The translations under genes were made by a program, and so were the position numbers. From Octopus vulgaris (Eukaryota), in the NCBI GenBank assembly GCA_951406725.2, contig OX597819.1:107880001-107944000 (forward strand): a stretch of DNA of 64,000 nucleotides. The letters run 5' to 3'. The notes beneath the pieces were generated by a model, which worked only from the letters and a program-made list of their open reading frames with translations, did no database searches and was not told the origin of the DNA. The first letter of the stretch is position 1. Every line of letters begins with the position of its first letter. This document shows, piece after piece, positions 62,286 to 64,000 of the stretch.

Positions 62286-62671
62286 CTAGCAGTATCACTG
62301 GGCGTTGCTCGGGTTTGTAAGGGAAATAACTATATAAGCATTTTTAGAGAGTTATAGCAAAAAAATGCATTAAAAATGGGAAAGAAATGATGGTAAATTT
62401 TTTTAAAATCATTGACTCATCGTAGACATTTTTAGAGAGTTACTTCCCTTATATAATAGCGAAAAAAATGCATTAAAATGGAAAAAAATGATGGTAAATT
62501 TTTTTTAAATCGTAGACTCATTGTAGACGCGCGCTAATACCCAGAAGGGCTCGATATGAATCACAACTATAAGATACCCGGTTTTGGTTAAACTGCACCG
62601 CAAAATGTGGGAGTAGTTAGGAATCTAAATCGTAGGAGACAGACACACAACTTCACTTTTATATATAAAGA
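62286..62671 (-). mobile_element. Non-autonomous Helitron (same 5' region as the 37234 element)
   Basis: Minus strand A|TCTTTATATATAAAAG..GATTTAGATTCCTAACTACTCCCACATTTTGCG..; 3' CCCGAGCAACGCCCAG..CTAG|T; internal ~85-bp duplication. Confidence 0.85.
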
Positions 62672-63246
62672 TATATATATATATATATATATACACGTAC
62701 GCATCAATATTTGCATATATGTTAATGTGCTTCTATGCATGCCTTTGTGTATATGTTTATGTGGTGTCTCATTGGTTGCTTATCTACATGGATATAAGCA
62801 TGACTGACTAGTTAAGACGTGTTTTCTTCACTATCAGGAGATAGTAAGTTCAATCCCACAGTATGACATCTTTGGCAAATGTCTTCTACAATAGCTCCAG
62901 ACTAACCAATTCCTTGTGAGTGAATGTGATAAGCAAAAAACTGTGAAAGCCAGTCACGCGCATGCATACATAATACATACATACTTATATGTATGCATGC
63001 ATGTATGTATGTATTGTTATATTATTATGCTTTAAATTTCAATCTAGAACAATTCAGAGGAAAATGTAATTCTCACCAGCTAGGTAAACCCACTATTCTT
63101 CAGCCTGTAACTAGTTTGATAAGTGCCAACGTAAGAGACTCTGGGACCTTGAGTCACTCTGTTGCTTCTGCTAAATAATAATACAAACATACATATACTC
63201 ATACACTCTTAGTTTGAGTACAATTCTTCATGTTTGCATCACCATA

Positions 63247-63282
<36 letters not shown>

Positions 63283-63317
63283 CATGCTGAGGACCTATAA
63301 TCCTTTAAGGGATGTTT

Positions 63318-63371
63318 GCATCCTAGTTTTCCAGTGTTCATTGAAAACTAAATACTGGAAAACTAGGATGC
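63318..63371. repeat. Hairpin with perfect 18-bp arms
   Basis: GCATCCTAGTTTTCCAGT / ACTGGAAAACTAGGATGC. Confidence 0.8.
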
Positions 63372-64000
63372 CAACCACTCCGAGAATGTAGTGGGTGCTT
63401 TTATGTGCCACTGGCATGGGGCCAGTCAGGCGGTGCTAGCAACGATCTCACTCGAATCTTATACACATGCCACCGGCACAGGTGCCAGTAAGGTAATGCT
63501 GGTAACGATCATGCTCCAATGGTGTCTTTTACGTGAACCCTAATCTTACCTTGGCAGCATCCCTCTTCTACGGGTACCACAAAGAAATACATCCACTACA
63601 CCAGTAAAGTGATTGGCAGTTGTGTGGAGACATCATTGGGTCTTATCAAAGACATAACAACAGCTCTAGTGTTGGTGATAGAAAGGGCTTCCAGCCATAG
63701 AAATCATGCCAGATGAAAATGGATGAAATTTCTACAACTGAGTGAACTGGAGCAACGTGAAATAAAGTGCCTTGCTCAAGAGCACAACACACAGCCCACT
63801 TTGAGAATCAAACTCACTAACCCATGACTGTGAGCCTGACACACTAACCACTGAGTCATGCGTATATATGTATGTACCTTTTTATGTGCTTTATATGTAT
63901 GTATCTTTTTATGTGCTTTATAGTCCAAAGGCTATGTTCATACTCTGGCGACATCACAAGAATTCATAAACTCTGAGAGAACATGAAATAATTCTTTTTT

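Overview
AT-rich eukaryotic genomic DNA, dense in (TA)n/(CA)n microsatellites, with one 100-N gap (24601-24700). The gene and repeat content points to a coleoid cephalopod, probably Octopus (inference). Four intact paralogous poly-C2H2 zinc-finger genes (11-18 fingers, one coding exon each, no effector domain) form part of a ZNF cluster. A GT31 (beta-1,3-galactosyltransferase family) gene can be rebuilt as a 363-aa type II membrane protein, but its main exon is split by a 1235-bp solo LTR with a 4-bp TSD. There is also a diverged alpha-tubulin retrocopy fragment. The rest is mostly transposon debris: several SINE families (one a tetramer inside a single TSD), RTE/CR1/R4/L1 LINE relics, a Gmr1-like Gypsy relic, mariner/maT/hAT/pogo elements and about 8 non-autonomous Helitrons, most next to TA runs. 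Two hammerhead ribozyme motifs read by eye (2455-2551 +, 35204-35314 -) have intact catalytic cores, very long stem II hairpins and palindromic stem III. They and several long palindromes probably derive from Penelope-like elements. All calls were made by eye; no searches or folding programs were run.
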